Shown here: positions 7,499 to 17,404 of the stretch, one piece after another
Layout: each line of letters opens with the position of its first letter
How positions within the stretch are numbered: position 1 is the first letter of the stretch
Sequence record: NC_048170.1
Length of the DNA stretch: 64,000 bases
Direction: 5' to 3' (one strand)
Made by a program: the position numbers and the translations under genes
The notes under the pieces: model-generated
What the model was told of the DNA's origin: nothing
The model's database searches: none
The model's input: only the letters and a program-made list of their open reading frames with translations

Positions 7499-9955
7499 TT
7501 AAATAATCGTGACGTGTTCGTTATATGTTTCAGGGAGAATGATGTTCGTTTTATCAAGAACCATACACTCTGCTTTACGGAACGACGCATGGTTGATAAC
7601 ATAGTGGCTGATGAACCACACCTGACTTACACGGTGACCATCAACCAAACGACGAACAAAATCCATGGCATTAGATTGGTGTTGTGGATCAAATGTTGAT
7701 GCGAATTCATCTAACATCAACGGATAATCCGTAAACCCTTTGTAATGCATCATCGCGATGATAAACGCGATATTGATAATTTCCTTTTGCCCCTTACTCC
7801 CATAAACAATATCTTTTCGCGGTGTCGGATACTTCTCAGTTAAAAGCGGAAAACGATAGTTCAATCCTTGCGCATCGATAGCACATGGGAGTATCTGAAG
7901 TTGGTATTCCCAAATACTCGCAATGATACCATTCATGTATTCGACGAACGCGTTGATTGGACCCGCGATTGTTTCGGCAATCAGTCCGTTAGATGGACTT
8001 AACTCATCCAGAACCAGTTGTGCGTAACTGAGCTGTTCTTCCACCTCTTTTTGTGTCGTTTCCAACTGAGCCAAAAGCTGCTGGTCGGTTTTAGCTTCCT
8101 GTAGTTGTTGTTCGACATGACTTATTCGGCGAACCGTATCAGACATCGCAGCACGTAACGATTTCGTGTAGAGGTGTTGCAGATACTCTAGCCACAGTTG
8201 CGTTAACGCTTTATCGCTGTTATCAGAACGCACCTGATCTTCCATAATCGTCGTAATGGTTTCCAGCCTACCTTCCGTAGCTGTGATGGCTTGTGTTAAC
8301 CGTTCAACGGTAGTCAGCAACTCTGTCCTGTTCTTATAAAGCAATTCTCGACGTTGCTGTAACGGTTCAACATCAACCGCTTGTACACGTTCGAGCATGC
8401 CTTGAAGATGTTTACGTTCCTGTTCGGCTTGTGTGTAACGCGCAAGTTTCTCAAACGCAAGCAACCAATCGTTAATGATGCCAATGCTGCGGAATCCTAA
8501 ACCGTTTTTACGGCCTTCTTCCAGCAGATTGTCCCACATGGGTTTAATGGCGTAATAATCTTTCGTCCAACGTGTTAACTGACGATGCTGTTCCATCCAG
8601 AGCGTATAACGCTGCACCTTCTCATTAAGTTCGGCTAACGATTTCTCTTGTTCTTCAACCCAAGCACGACCCTTCTGAATACGTTGTTCAATACTCGCTT
8701 TGCTGGTCTTTTCTGTTTCACCAACATGAAAGCGATAATTGCATTTTGGACAGCTGGTCTGGGGTTGATGATTCAGGTGGTCAAGATGCGCTTCCAAATC
8801 GGCTAACGCATGTTTCGCGTTACGCAAACGCATTCTTGCCGCCTCTTCCTCCTTGATGTAAGCTTCAGCATCGTAAACATGATAGGTGTTGTCGGTATCA
8901 ATCCATTCTTGGAGTAATTCTGTTAACGGAGCCTGAACTTGCGTGAGCTGCTGTAAACAAACCGCGGCGTCCAGATTCATTGTTAAAAGCTCACCTGGAT
9001 GATCTTGCTGAAGTTGTTCGTCCAAACGTGCGAGACGGGCTTTAATCTGATCGATATCGCCTTCTCCAGACTGTTTCAACTGGTCAAGGATATTATCGAT
9101 ACCCAACAGCTCGTCAACCTGACTTTCGAGTTTCGCATTCGCATTCGCGAGTTGCTCTCTTAGTTCAGCCAGATTCCGCTGTTCTTGTTGCGATGTTCCT
9201 CCTTGGTAACGAACAACCGCATGAAGAAGCTCGCGATTAAAATGATGAGCACGTTGTGCGGATTCCAGAAGCTGTCGTTGATCAACATCACTATCGAATA
9301 ACGGCAATCCCATCATCGCTTCGAGCGCTGAGCGTTGCTGCTTTAACTCTGCTTCCAATCCCTGGTGGTCGGTTCCGGTGTATTTCGCTTCAATGCGCTG
9401 TGATGTTTCAACCAACTTATTCAGTGTATGCTCATTCACCGCTTTCAGTGAACGTACTTGTTGCTTAACAACCTGAAACAACTCAAGCGCATAATCGACG
9501 TTAACCGGACATATCTGCGTTAATCGTTCGCGACGTTTCATTGGCCCCATTTCAGTGAACTGGTAAGCTGTTTCGTAACCTAACAACAAACGAATGGTAT
9601 CGTCATTAAGTTCGAAATGTTCTTCGATCAGTTTCCACTGGGCCGGTTGTGTGCCACCACCATTCAGGTTCTCGCTATCGTTAACGTAGAACTCATGCTT
9701 AAACCCTTTTTCTAAACGACTGATAAGACGGTATTGCTTATTACGGTGTTCGCAGCGGTACTCGTAATACCCGTCTTTATCAAAATCGGCACGCTCAGGA
9801 ACGGTCGGATACAGCAAAGGCAATAGACTACTCTTACCCGAACCATTACTACCTAAAATGAGTTGTACGGGATTATCTGGCCGGATGACCAGCTCCCGAA
9901 TCATCCCGGTATCAAAACGATTGAATCCACGTAAGTGGAGATAGGTGCATCGCAT
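7499..9955 (-). CDS. sbcC: SbcC/Rad50-like SMC ATPase (phiKZ gp165-like)
   Basis: Walker A GSNGSGKSS, long coiled coils, zinc hook CPKC, signature GSKGQ, Walker B LMLDE and D-loop; GAAGGA RBS before ATG at 9955. Confidence 0.95.
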   Translation of the reverse strand: MRCTYLHLRGFNRFDTGMIRELVIRPDNPVQLILGSNGSGKSSLLPLLYPTVPERADFDKDGYYEYRCEHRNKQYRLISRLEKGFKHEFYVNDSENLNGGGTQPAQWKLIEEHFELNDDTIRLLLGYETAYQFTEMGPMKRRERLTQICPVNVDYALELFQVVKQQVRSLKAVNEHTLNKLVETSQRIEAKYTGTDHQGLEAELKQQRSALEAMMGLPLFDSDVDQRQLLESAQRAHHFNRELLHAVVRYQGGTSQQEQRNLAELREQLANANAKLESQVDELLGIDNILDQLKQSGEGDIDQIKARLARLDEQLQQDHPGELLTMNLDAAVCLQQLTQVQAPLTELLQEWIDTDNTYHVYDAEAYIKEEEAARMRLRNAKHALADLEAHLDHLNHQPQTSCPKCNYRFHVGETEKTSKASIEQRIQKGRAWVEEQEKSLAELNEKVQRYTLWMEQHRQLTRWTKDYYAIKPMWDNLLEEGRKNGLGFRSIGIINDWLLAFEKLARYTQAEQERKHLQGMLERVQAVDVEPLQQRRELLYKNRTELLTTVERLTQAITATEGRLETITTIMEDQVRSDNSDKALTQLWLEYLQHLYTKSLRAAMSDTVRRISHVEQQLQEAKTDQQLLAQLETTQKEVEEQLSYAQLVLDELSPSNGLIAETIAGPINAFVEYMNGIIASIWEYQLQILPCAIDAQGLNYRFPLLTEKYPTPRKDIVYGSKGQKEIINIAFIIAMMHYKGFTDYPLMLDEFASTFDPQHQSNAMDFVRRLVDGHRVSQVWFISHYVINHASFRKAECMVLDKTNIILPETYNEHVTII

Positions 9956-10069
9956 GCTATGATAATCCTTCTTCGATACCTTCTGAACCCGTGGTTCAGA
10001 ATGCGAAGCTGAAGCCATACTTCAGCGTTATTTTCTATATCGTTATTTAAATCAGTAGGAGATTACAGC

Positions 10070-11158
10070 ATGAGCGATCTGGCAACAGACAATCGCACAA
10101 AAGGGAGTCAGCTAGCTCCAGACAACAACGTAAGCGTTTTCCGTATCTATGCCTTGGGTACTGTTGCTGCCGACTTTTCCAATAAAAGTCTGGAGGAAGA
10201 TCCTAACCAGACGCTGGAGGTCTTTCTTGATGAGATGATGTCAGGCGCTGATGGGAAAGTTGAAGCGGCGGGAAGCGTTAAAGAAGTCAGTGCAACAGAC
10301 GCTCAAGGGAACAGTTATACGGCGAAAGCGGCAACAACAACCAGCGTACAGTGTTATTGGTTACCTTTCGGCAGTAACCGGATGACAGCACCTAACTTGA
10401 GGAAAGGTCAGCGTGTGGTGGTCTGGCGTACCGCCGATGAAGAACAACTCTACTGGCAACCCAAAGGAGGGGATAGTGAGTTGATGACCATGGAATCGGT
10501 TATCCTCACCGTCAGCGCACGTCCTAGCGCTAAGAAGGACCGTAAATCGATTTCAACGGAAGACTGCTATTACCTAATGGTTGATACCTTCCTCAAGAAA
10601 GCGGTTATCGGCACCAGCGCACAGCTTGGTGAAGTTACCCAAGTTTACATGGAACTTAATCTGGACGAGGGTTACCTACAGGTTGCGGACAGCGTCCATC
10701 AAAATCTGCTGTTACTCCATTTCGTTGAACATATGCTACGTTATCAAAACCAGGACGACAGCATCATCGACGTGACAAAAAAGAACATCACATTCCAGTG
10801 CGAGGATACGCTCAAAGCAATCGCTAAGAACGATATCCGAATGAAAGCAAAAAACATTTATACCGAATGTGAGAACTTCGAACGTACCAGCAAAACAGAA
10901 AGCGTTACGAGCCAGAATGTTTCTTTGAAGTGTGATCGTTACACGGCGCAAGTATCAGGACAGACCACGTTTAAATGTCCGAATACGGTATTCACTGGAG
11001 CTGTAAGCTTCACAGGTGAAGACGGAAACACGATGACGTTGAATGGGAACTTCATACACGTCGCAGGCTCTTGGCGTTCACCAACCGGAACAAACGTATA
11101 CACCCACGATCACGGTGGTGTAGATCGTGGTAGTGGTCGTACAGACCCGTTCCAATAA
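10070..11158 (+). CDS. Baseplate central spike (gpV-like; phiKZ gp164-like)
   Basis: OB-fold-like N-terminus, beta-repeat body, C-terminal THDHGGV (HxH metal-binding apex typical of gpV spikes); adjacent to sbcC as in phiKZ. Confidence 0.8.
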   Translation: MSDLATDNRTKGSQLAPDNNVSVFRIYALGTVAADFSNKSLEEDPNQTLEVFLDEMMSGADGKVEAAGSVKEVSATDAQGNSYTAKAATTTSVQCYWLPFGSNRMTAPNLRKGQRVVVWRTADEEQLYWQPKGGDSELMTMESVILTVSARPSAKKDRKSISTEDCYYLMVDTFLKKAVIGTSAQLGEVTQVYMELNLDEGYLQVADSVHQNLLLLHFVEHMLRYQNQDDSIIDVTKKNITFQCEDTLKAIAKNDIRMKAKNIYTECENFERTSKTESVTSQNVSLKCDRYTAQVSGQTTFKCPNTVFTGAVSFTGEDGNTMTLNGNFIHVAGSWRSPTGTNVYTHDHGGVDRGSGRTDPFQ

Positions 11159-11185
11159 ACAGAAGAAAAAAGAAATGCTATACAA

Positions 11186-11220
11186 CCTCCTTCCCTAGCC
11201 GTCAAGGCCGGGGAAGGAGG
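11186..11220. terminator. Hairpin family variant between convergent genes
   Basis: cctccttccc...gcc-gtcaa-ggc...gggaaggagg. Confidence 0.75.
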
Positions 11221-11235
11221 ATTATAGTTTATTTA

Positions 11236-11625
11236 TTAACGCGTTGCATTCTGGATGATTTCTTTTCCGATCTTAACCAAAGCGGGTATCTGTACAGCGG
11301 TTGCGCCTCGATGACGAAACGCGGTCGTTAACGCAGTATCGATACTCACCGCACGTCCATGAAGACGATCGAAATAGACTTGAGTGATTGCGGTAGCGTA
11401 ATCCTTTCGCTGTTTCTTGGTTTGGCTCAACAGCGCCGCACTATGACTAACGATGAAGTAAGCGATTAAGAAGAACGCCGCTGAACGCGAACCGGGTAGA
11501 AAACCTTGTCGCTTAGGGAGCATCTCACAATCGCGAACACTATTATCGTTCGCCAGCTCTTCCATATCAACACAGCATAATTTTGCATAGGTGTGGAGAT
11601 AGTGGGTAAAAGTTGAATTTAACAT
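11236..11625 (-). CDS. Hypothetical protein (129 aa)
   Basis: GAGGA upstream; ends next to a hairpin. Confidence 0.75.
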   Translation of the reverse strand: MLNSTFTHYLHTYAKLCCVDMEELANDNSVRDCEMLPKRQGFLPGSRSAAFFLIAYFIVSHSAALLSQTKKQRKDYATAITQVYFDRLHGRAVSIDTALTTAFRHRGATAVQIPALVKIGKEIIQNATR

Positions 11626-11730
11626 TTTCTTTCCTCGATTACAATGAGTTCAATGTATAGCTTAAACGTCACAGAACGACGTATAACAGTTTGTTTTAAT
11701 TTCTAAGGGGTTTCCTTATCTAAGATTGAA

Positions 11731-12093
11731 TTAAAGCGCTCTGAAGAGTTCTGTAGCGTTCTCGTCACGTAAACAGGCTTCGTTCAACAATTCAGCTAAC
11801 AGCTTCGACCGAACTTCAACAAATGTCCTGAGGCGATGCTCCCATTCTAAACGGATAGTGTACGTATTATCCAGGTTTTTGTAATCAACGACAGATGTAG
11901 AACAACGGGCTTCGCGTTTGTTCACAGCACTCCAAACATCACGGATAACCATCACGCCTTTCTTGGTACACGTAAACGTTAAAATAAAGCGATTATTCGC
12001 TGCTTCTTCACGGACATGACTAAATTCACTTCGTAACGATGAGACTTTGATAAGTCGGTCAATAGCTAACGATAAACCGATACGTTGTTGCAT
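11731..12093 (-). CDS. Hypothetical protein, tandem paralog A (120 aa)
   Basis: Shares the LxFxCTxxG motif with the two upstream ORFs. Confidence 0.75.
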   Translation of the reverse strand: MQQRIGLSLAIDRLIKVSSLRSEFSHVREEAANNRFILTFTCTKKGVMVIRDVWSAVNKREARCSTSVVDYKNLDNTYTIRLEWEHRLRTFVEVRSKLLAELLNEACLRDENATELFRAL

Positions 12094-12094
12094 A

Positions 12095-12520
12095 TCAAAT
12101 CCCCTCTTTCAGAATCTCATTAAGACCGTCAGTAATCCAGTCGAACTTCGTCTTAATCATGGCTGGGTTCAATCCATATACTTCCCACACAAGCTGGGGT
12201 TTATGTGTTCCATCGTCCAAACAAAGCACATCGATTGAGAGTACCATACCACCCGTCAATTTCATGTTCTCGCAACTACGAAGATATGCGGATTCTAGCA
12301 ATACTTTCCCTAACGCAGTGCAAGCAAATGTTAACCGGGAAGAGTACAGGTACGATGACGTTTTACAGTAGGTTGCTGATATCGGTTGAATATGTTTGCG
12401 GAGTTTGGCGTCTTCACGTAAAAGCAATAACGTGTGATGTAACCGCGTATGCTCGGTAACCGATGAGCTATACTCACCGATGCACTCTTCGGCGACTGAT
12501 TTAGGCCATTTAATTTTCAT
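12095..12520 (-). CDS. Hypothetical protein, tandem paralog B (141 aa)
   Basis: MKIKWPKSVA start and LTFACTALGKVLLE motif; GAGGA RBS. Confidence 0.8.
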   Translation of the reverse strand: MKIKWPKSVAEECIGEYSSSVTEHTRLHHTLLLLREDAKLRKHIQPISATYCKTSSYLYSSRLTFACTALGKVLLESAYLRSCENMKLTGGMVLSIDVLCLDDGTHKPQLVWEVYGLNPAMIKTKFDWITDGLNEILKEGI

Positions 12521-12535
12521 GTTCGATTCCTCGTA

Positions 12536-12979
12536 TTAACACTGTGTTCCATTCGATAAGCGGGTGGTATCAAAACGATCCAGTTGGTGTACAATGCTAT
12601 CAGCAACACGATGCAAATAGTGTATTTTGTCCATTCGTGAAATCGCAGAAATCGTCCAGCAAGCCTCTGACGTCCAATAGGTGCCGTCTTCACTAAGGCT
12701 AACGTTATAAACTAACTTCGTCATCACATTTCTCGCCTTATGCTCAGCAGACCAGAATATGTTTTCTAACACATCCTTCCCCGTTTGTGAAAACACGAAC
12801 CCAAGCTTCACGTCGAAGTCGGATGCTTCAAGATTAACGCAGTGAAGATGATTCTCTAACGGCGCAAAAGAGGCTAAACGTTCCAGCGCATGTTGCAGTG
12901 TGGGATGATCGAGCTTTTCGAGATCATCCGCAGGTTGTTCAGGTACAATCGCGATCGATTTACAGAATTTAATTTCCAT
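12536..12979 (-). CDS. Hypothetical protein, tandem paralog C (147 aa)
   Basis: GAGGA RBS before ATG at 12979; MEIKFCKSIA start and LGFVFSQTGKDVLE motif. Confidence 0.8.
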   Translation of the reverse strand: MEIKFCKSIAIVPEQPADDLEKLDHPTLQHALERLASFAPLENHLHCVNLEASDFDVKLGFVFSQTGKDVLENIFWSAEHKARNVMTKLVYNVSLSEDGTYWTSEACWTISAISRMDKIHYLHRVADSIVHQLDRFDTTRLSNGTQC

Positions 12980-13048
12980 GGCAGGTTCCTCTTGATAGTG
13001 GTTGATGATAGTAACGGGGACGGCGATGTCCCCTTGGTTTCTTATTGC

Positions 13049-13078
13049 CCCGCCCAAACCCGATGGGGTACAGGCGGG
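13049..13078. terminator. Hairpin family variant
   Basis: cccgcc-caa-accc-gatg-gggt-aca-ggcggg between two minus-strand genes. Confidence 0.55.
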
Positions 13079-13091
13079 TGATGTTGATGCG

Positions 13092-13499
13092 TTATAGCGG
13101 CATCAGACGTTCTTTAAGTTGGGTTAACTTATTTGCAACGATGGTCTCAACATCGATGATCTTGTTCATGTTGTCGAGGGTATCCTGCCAGATGAAAATA
13201 TCCACGGAACCGGTTCCGACTAACGCGTTCTCAGGACGATGGTCACGGGTCACGTAGCGTGGTCCCTGCGGGCAGGTTTGTAACTCGATCCAAAGCGCAT
13301 CTAACGGACCACGGTCCGTGACACCTAAGGCGAAGAATTCACCTCGTACGACCAGAACATCATCAGCCGTCCTGACACGGGTTGATCCTTCGTACACCAA
13401 TTCCATCTTTGCTCGACAGGCTGGGTTCTCGTTCCACGCCTGGACGGCATCGGCAAGGGCTATTGACGTTGCGGTGGTGTTCGTTTGATCATGTTGCAT
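13092..13499 (-). CDS. Hypothetical protein (135 aa)
   Basis: AGGAG RBS; co-oriented run. Confidence 0.75.
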   Translation of the reverse strand: MQHDQTNTTATSIALADAVQAWNENPACRAKMELVYEGSTRVRTADDVLVVRGEFFALGVTDRGPLDALWIELQTCPQGPRYVTRDHRPENALVGTGSVDIFIWQDTLDNMNKIIDVETIVANKLTQLKERLMPL

Positions 13500-13576
13500 T
13501 CTAAGCTCCTGTAACGCTCTCTAAGCGTCGTTTTAAGTTAAGGTATAGTTTCCCTTCTTTGGATTCGTTTATTGCG

Positions 13577-13852
13577 TTATACGGCTTTTCTGTGCGCGTA
13601 GAACGCCTTCGTTCCGTTGTTGATTGCTTCAACCACATCCCGGGTTAACACAACGGCGTTATCGCTTCGAGACGACGGTGCGTAATACCCTTCACCGTTC
13701 TCGGTAATCAGGCGATAACGGACTAAGCCTATGCTCGGTTCAACACGTAGCACCTTCTCAAGTTTGTATTTGATGATCTTCGTCAGGCTGACTGTGTCTG
13801 ACGCGTAGATTGCTTTATAAACCTTGTTCTTTGCTGTCGGTTTCATCAACAT
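13577..13852 (-). CDS. Hypothetical protein (91 aa)
   Basis: Co-oriented run, AAGGA upstream. Confidence 0.7.
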   Translation of the reverse strand: MLMKPTAKNKVYKAIYASDTVSLTKIIKYKLEKVLRVEPSIGLVRYRLITENGEGYYAPSSRSDNAVVLTRDVVEAINNGTKAFYAHRKAV

Positions 13853-13892
13853 GATTTCTGTTGTACTTTCCTTTTCGCTTGTTGGTGTTGGA

Positions 13893-14192
13893 TTAAGGTT
13901 TAGGTTCCGTTTTGTGTTGTGCGAGTAGTGTGTTGATCTGCTCCCGTTGTTCTTTTAAGCATGCGGGAAGCTGGTCTTCCCGTACCGTTCCGATTTCCAA
14001 CGTGATGTACCAGCGTTGTTCGGAAGCCTGCCATTGAAAACTGCTCTGTAGCCGTAGGATGCTAGGATCACGTACCTTGCTTGCGCTGTAGCGATCGAAC
14101 CAATCCAGGTAAGCGGCTTTCCCTTCCTCGTCGGCAACGTAACGCTGCACGCTGTTCTTCCCTTTGTTCTCGTATCCCGTTGCACGTATCAT
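13893..14192 (-). CDS. Hypothetical protein (99 aa)
   Basis: ATGA overlap with the upstream gene; AGGAG RBS. Confidence 0.7.
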   Translation of the reverse strand: MIRATGYENKGKNSVQRYVADEEGKAAYLDWFDRYSASKVRDPSILRLQSSFQWQASEQRWYITLEIGTVREDQLPACLKEQREQINTLLAQHKTEPKP

Positions 14193-14971
14193 GCGAGCGT
14201 TGCTCCTGCATCGTGTTGCGGATAGCGTAGCATGGTAGCATCCCATTGTACGATCCGGCTCCGGCTTACCCGCATCATGATGGATTCATCGTCAAGACCC
14301 GGCTGCGCAACCGGCAACCAACGTTCGTTAAGCACCTTCGCTTCAACGCGTTTCTTGCGGGGATTGTAACGCACCTCGCTAACCCAAGCGAATCCAAGCG
14401 GATGCACAACCCGCGGATAATACATGCGAAGCAATTGATGCATCCGATCTGTTACCTCCAAGCTCGCCTCCGCCATGTAAGGTTTCACCATGGTAAGCTT
14501 TTTGGTGTAATACGTTCCAACGGTATGGTTCGCCCACCCAGGAAGCGCGTGATGGAATCCTACCTGTAATTGTGTATTACCGTTCACCTTCAGCCATCCG
14601 TATTGTCCCGCTGCACGTCCCTCGTCGGTATCGATCCATGTAAGTATATCGATGAATGCATGATCGGTGATCTCGATGCGTTCCACCCGTTCATCCAACG
14701 CACCACGTACCACGAATCCGCTCGTGCTCATCCGTGCAGGATGCTGGCTGCGATGTGCGTACCAATTCTTGTTGCTGGTAAGCAGGTAAGGATACAAGTG
14801 TGCGCCACGCCAAACAACCTTTCCGTTCGTCCCGTCAACGCAGCGTACGCGCATCCCAGCCTGACCGCTGCTGTAGCATGCTACCTTCACGCATTCCGCT
14901 TGCACCGTTGTCGGTAACGCCAGGTATTCATCTTCGGTAAACATCGTATCAAAAATCAATGCTTCTTTCAT
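14189..14971 (-). CDS. Hypothetical early protein (260 aa)
   Basis: GAGGA RBS; first gene after the promoter motif at 15052-15076. Confidence 0.8.
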   Translation of the reverse strand: MKEALIFDTMFTEDEYLALPTTVQAECVKVACYSSGQAGMRVRCVDGTNGKVVWRGAHLYPYLLTSNKNWYAHRSQHPARMSTSGFVVRGALDERVERIEITDHAFIDILTWIDTDEGRAAGQYGWLKVNGNTQLQVGFHHALPGWANHTVGTYYTKKLTMVKPYMAEASLEVTDRMHQLLRMYYPRVVHPLGFAWVSEVRYNPRKKRVEAKVLNERWLPVAQPGLDDESIMMRVSRSRIVQWDATMLRYPQHDAGATLA

Positions 14972-15051
14972 TTAAAAAGTTCCTCTGTTTCACGTTAATT
15001 AAACAACGTATTGATTTCTATTTGACAGAATACGAACAGTGTACGTATCTA

Positions 15052-15076
15052 TCATGAAGGTAATGTAGTCGTGAAA
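15052..15076 (-). promoter_or_regulatory. Early promoter motif, core TACATTAC
   Basis: Minus strand tttcacgacTACATTACcttcatga; aligns with the other three copies. Confidence 0.75.
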
Positions 15077-15777
15077 GGATTTGTGTTACAGAAAGGGTTT
15101 TGTTTGTTTTAAGAAGGGATGGATTTAGAAGAGGTGTTTCAAGGAAGGTAAACGAGGATAGGTATTTTGATTTAAGTAAGCAAGTAAGATGTTATCTGTA
15201 TTTGTTAAAAGTGTATTGTCTATGTTATCTTGTTTATCTTAGGTTATGTCTTATTGTTCAATCGTTTTATCTTGGTATGTTTACGTTGTTTTTATTTATC
15301 TTAAATTAATTTAAAAGTAGATCAATAAGCTTATCTTCAAAACAATGGATAACATGTGTTTACTACCTTAACGGTAACACATGTCATCTGTGCATTACAC
15401 TACGTTACATGCTAGTTAAATCGGATAACTCAAAAAACCATTTGTGATACTCTTCTTCACGTTGTTCATCAGAGTATCTCGTCTATACTCATTGCATTCG
15501 TATACGACATAACCGTTATACGCTAACGCTACGCTTATAGCTTGATAACTCTAAGGATAAAAACATAAACTCGCTTCGCTCGTTTAGTTTTTCTTTTTCT
15601 TAGAGTTATCCTGTTGCTCGTCTCTAAAGGACTTCGCTCCTCCCCCGTCCCCCGAAGGGGCCGAGGTCGTGGAAATTTTACTTTCCAAATACATTTACAA
15701 CATCTGTAAACTTTTACTCCAGGTACTTAATCTTATCGTTAGAAATTATAAAAGAGAAGAATAAACACAAACATAAA
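15077..15777. other. Structured non-coding region; candidate replication origin
   Basis: No credible ORF; six TTATCT repeats, an AT-only tract, several inverted repeats, and a local G-rich to C-rich skew switch. Confidence 0.45.
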
Positions 15778-15809
15778 CCTTCCTCCAACCCAACAGGGAA
15801 GGAGGAAGG
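15778..15809. terminator. Hairpin family copy
   Basis: ccttcctcc-AA-ccc-aaca-ggg-AA-ggaggaagg, 16 nt from the stop of the 297-aa gene. Confidence 0.8.
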
Positions 15810-15825
15810 GAGAGCTTGATTTTAA

Positions 15826-16719
15826 TTAATCAGCAGTGTTATAACCGAATACTGCTTTACCGTAGGTGTGGGTACCGTTAGCTAATGACAGCACCAACAC
15901 ATGGTTGTACGTAGCGTTAACACCATTGTCGGTAGAACTGGTGGTAGCACCGTTATAGACAAAGGTAGCTGTTTGCAGATTGGCTTTCAGCTCGGTGATG
16001 ATCTCATCACTTACACCGGTCTGCTCTTTGATCAGCGTGGTCAGGTTACCTGCCAGGCTTTCATTGATCTTGGTTTCGTTATTGGTAATCCCCTGTAAAC
16101 CTGCAGTGTAGGTGCTGAAGTCTAACGGATAGGTTAACAGACGTGCTGACGTTTTGGTACCATCGCCTTCATCAACGTAGGTTAAGTTACCCAGGTTGGT
16201 AACCTTGATGATGTTAGCCAGATCCAGCGTAGTGTTATAAACTTTAACTTGAACAGAGCCATACCACGCCAACGAATCTTCTTTGGCTTCCAGGGTGATC
16301 GTCTGGATACCATGCTCGTTGAAGGTAACCGGATTAGATAACGTATCGGCTTTGATGTCTTTATCTTTATCCAGGAACTTCTCACCGGTCGGCGTGATCA
16401 TACCGTAGCGTTGAGCTACAAGGTCAACCACATCACCGATGGTGGTGTCAGCAGTAACGTTAACACGTACAGCGATTTTCTGGAACCACTTAGCCAGATC
16501 CAGACGATGGTAGGTAACATCGCGGTTATTGAAGTAAGGGGTACCTTCACCAGGGCTAAGCGTTAAAGTTGCGTCTGGAGCAGAATCACTTTTGGATTTA
16601 AGGACGTATTTAAGGTCGGTATATTTGAAGTTGGCACCAGTGTCAGTGTTGAGTTTGTTAATCTCATCAACGATAAGTTGCCAAGGTGTTTTTAAAGTAA
16701 GCGATACTTGAGTTGCCAT
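15826..16719 (-). CDS. Virion structural protein, phiKZ gp131-like paralog family (297 aa)
   Basis: YHRLDL and AWYGSVQV motifs shared with ORFs at 16862, 27787, 29609 and 30471; strongly biased high-expression codons. Confidence 0.8.
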   Translation of the reverse strand: MATQVSLTLKTPWQLIVDEINKLNTDTGANFKYTDLKYVLKSKSDSAPDATLTLSPGEGTPYFNNRDVTYHRLDLAKWFQKIAVRVNVTADTTIGDVVDLVAQRYGMITPTGEKFLDKDKDIKADTLSNPVTFNEHGIQTITLEAKEDSLAWYGSVQVKVYNTTLDLANIIKVTNLGNLTYVDEGDGTKTSARLLTYPLDFSTYTAGLQGITNNETKINESLAGNLTTLIKEQTGVSDEIITELKANLQTATFVYNGATTSSTDNGVNATYNHVLVLSLANGTHTYGKAVFGYNTAD

Positions 16720-16861
16720 TTTCTACCTCTATGGTTGTTACATCACTCTCAAAAGATGTAAGTGTTTACAGAAATCAGTATATTTTATATTAATGTAAAT
16801 ATTATGGAGAACGACTCCGATTCTCCTTTTCGACCATCAAAAAATCAGAGGATACACAATC

Positions 16862-17404
16862 ATGGCCTTAGACTTTAACAAAGCAGCAAAATCCCTTCTG
16901 CTTGATCTTATCAACACCAAAGCAACCCGTTCACTGGCCGAACAAGAACTGCAGTTCGGTACTCCGGCGGCATCTTTCGAACATTCTAAGAACACCGTTA
17001 TTCAGCTGGACGCTGCGCCTGAAGCAGAAAACCTGCAGGGTACTCAGCAGTTCTACTACGATCGTCTGGCTCTGTCTGACGTTTTCGCTGATGTAACCGG
17101 CGATGTTACTTTCGAACTGCCGCACGGTACCGACAGCATTCAGGCTTCTGAACTGGTGAACAAACTGGTCACCAAATTCGGCCTGGCTTCACTGAACGGT
17201 GAAATCAAAGAAGAAACCTTCCAGCTGTCTGGAGGTACTGTTGGTCAGGTAACTCTGAATGCGATCGAGAACGGCCTGGTATATACCGGCACTCTGCAGG
17301 TTGCTCTGACCTATGCAGCAGCACCGAAAGACCAACTGGCAACCGTTCTGGCGGATAACGTAGCTGATGGCTTCGTGAAACCGACCGTTAGCGTTGTTGG
17401 CTAA
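16862..17404 (+). CDS. Short gp131-like virion protein (180 aa) ending in the shared docking-like motif
   Basis: YYDRLAL and VYTGTLQV family motifs; lacks the family C-terminal domain; high-expression codon bias; GAGGA RBS. Confidence 0.85.
   Translation: MALDFNKAAKSLLLDLINTKATRSLAEQELQFGTPAASFEHSKNTVIQLDAAPEAENLQGTQQFYYDRLALSDVFADVTGDVTFELPHGTDSIQASELVNKLVTKFGLASLNGEIKEETFQLSGGTVGQVTLNAIENGLVYTGTLQVALTYAAAPKDQLATVLADNVADGFVKPTVSVVG

Noticed and set aside
15100-15309. 69-aa hydrophobic ORF in the non-coding region
   Set aside because: Produced by the T-rich repeat tract; TTG start and no convincing RBS.
15190-15340. DnaA boxes
   Set aside because: The repeats are TTATCT, not TTATCCACA; only the first five bases match.
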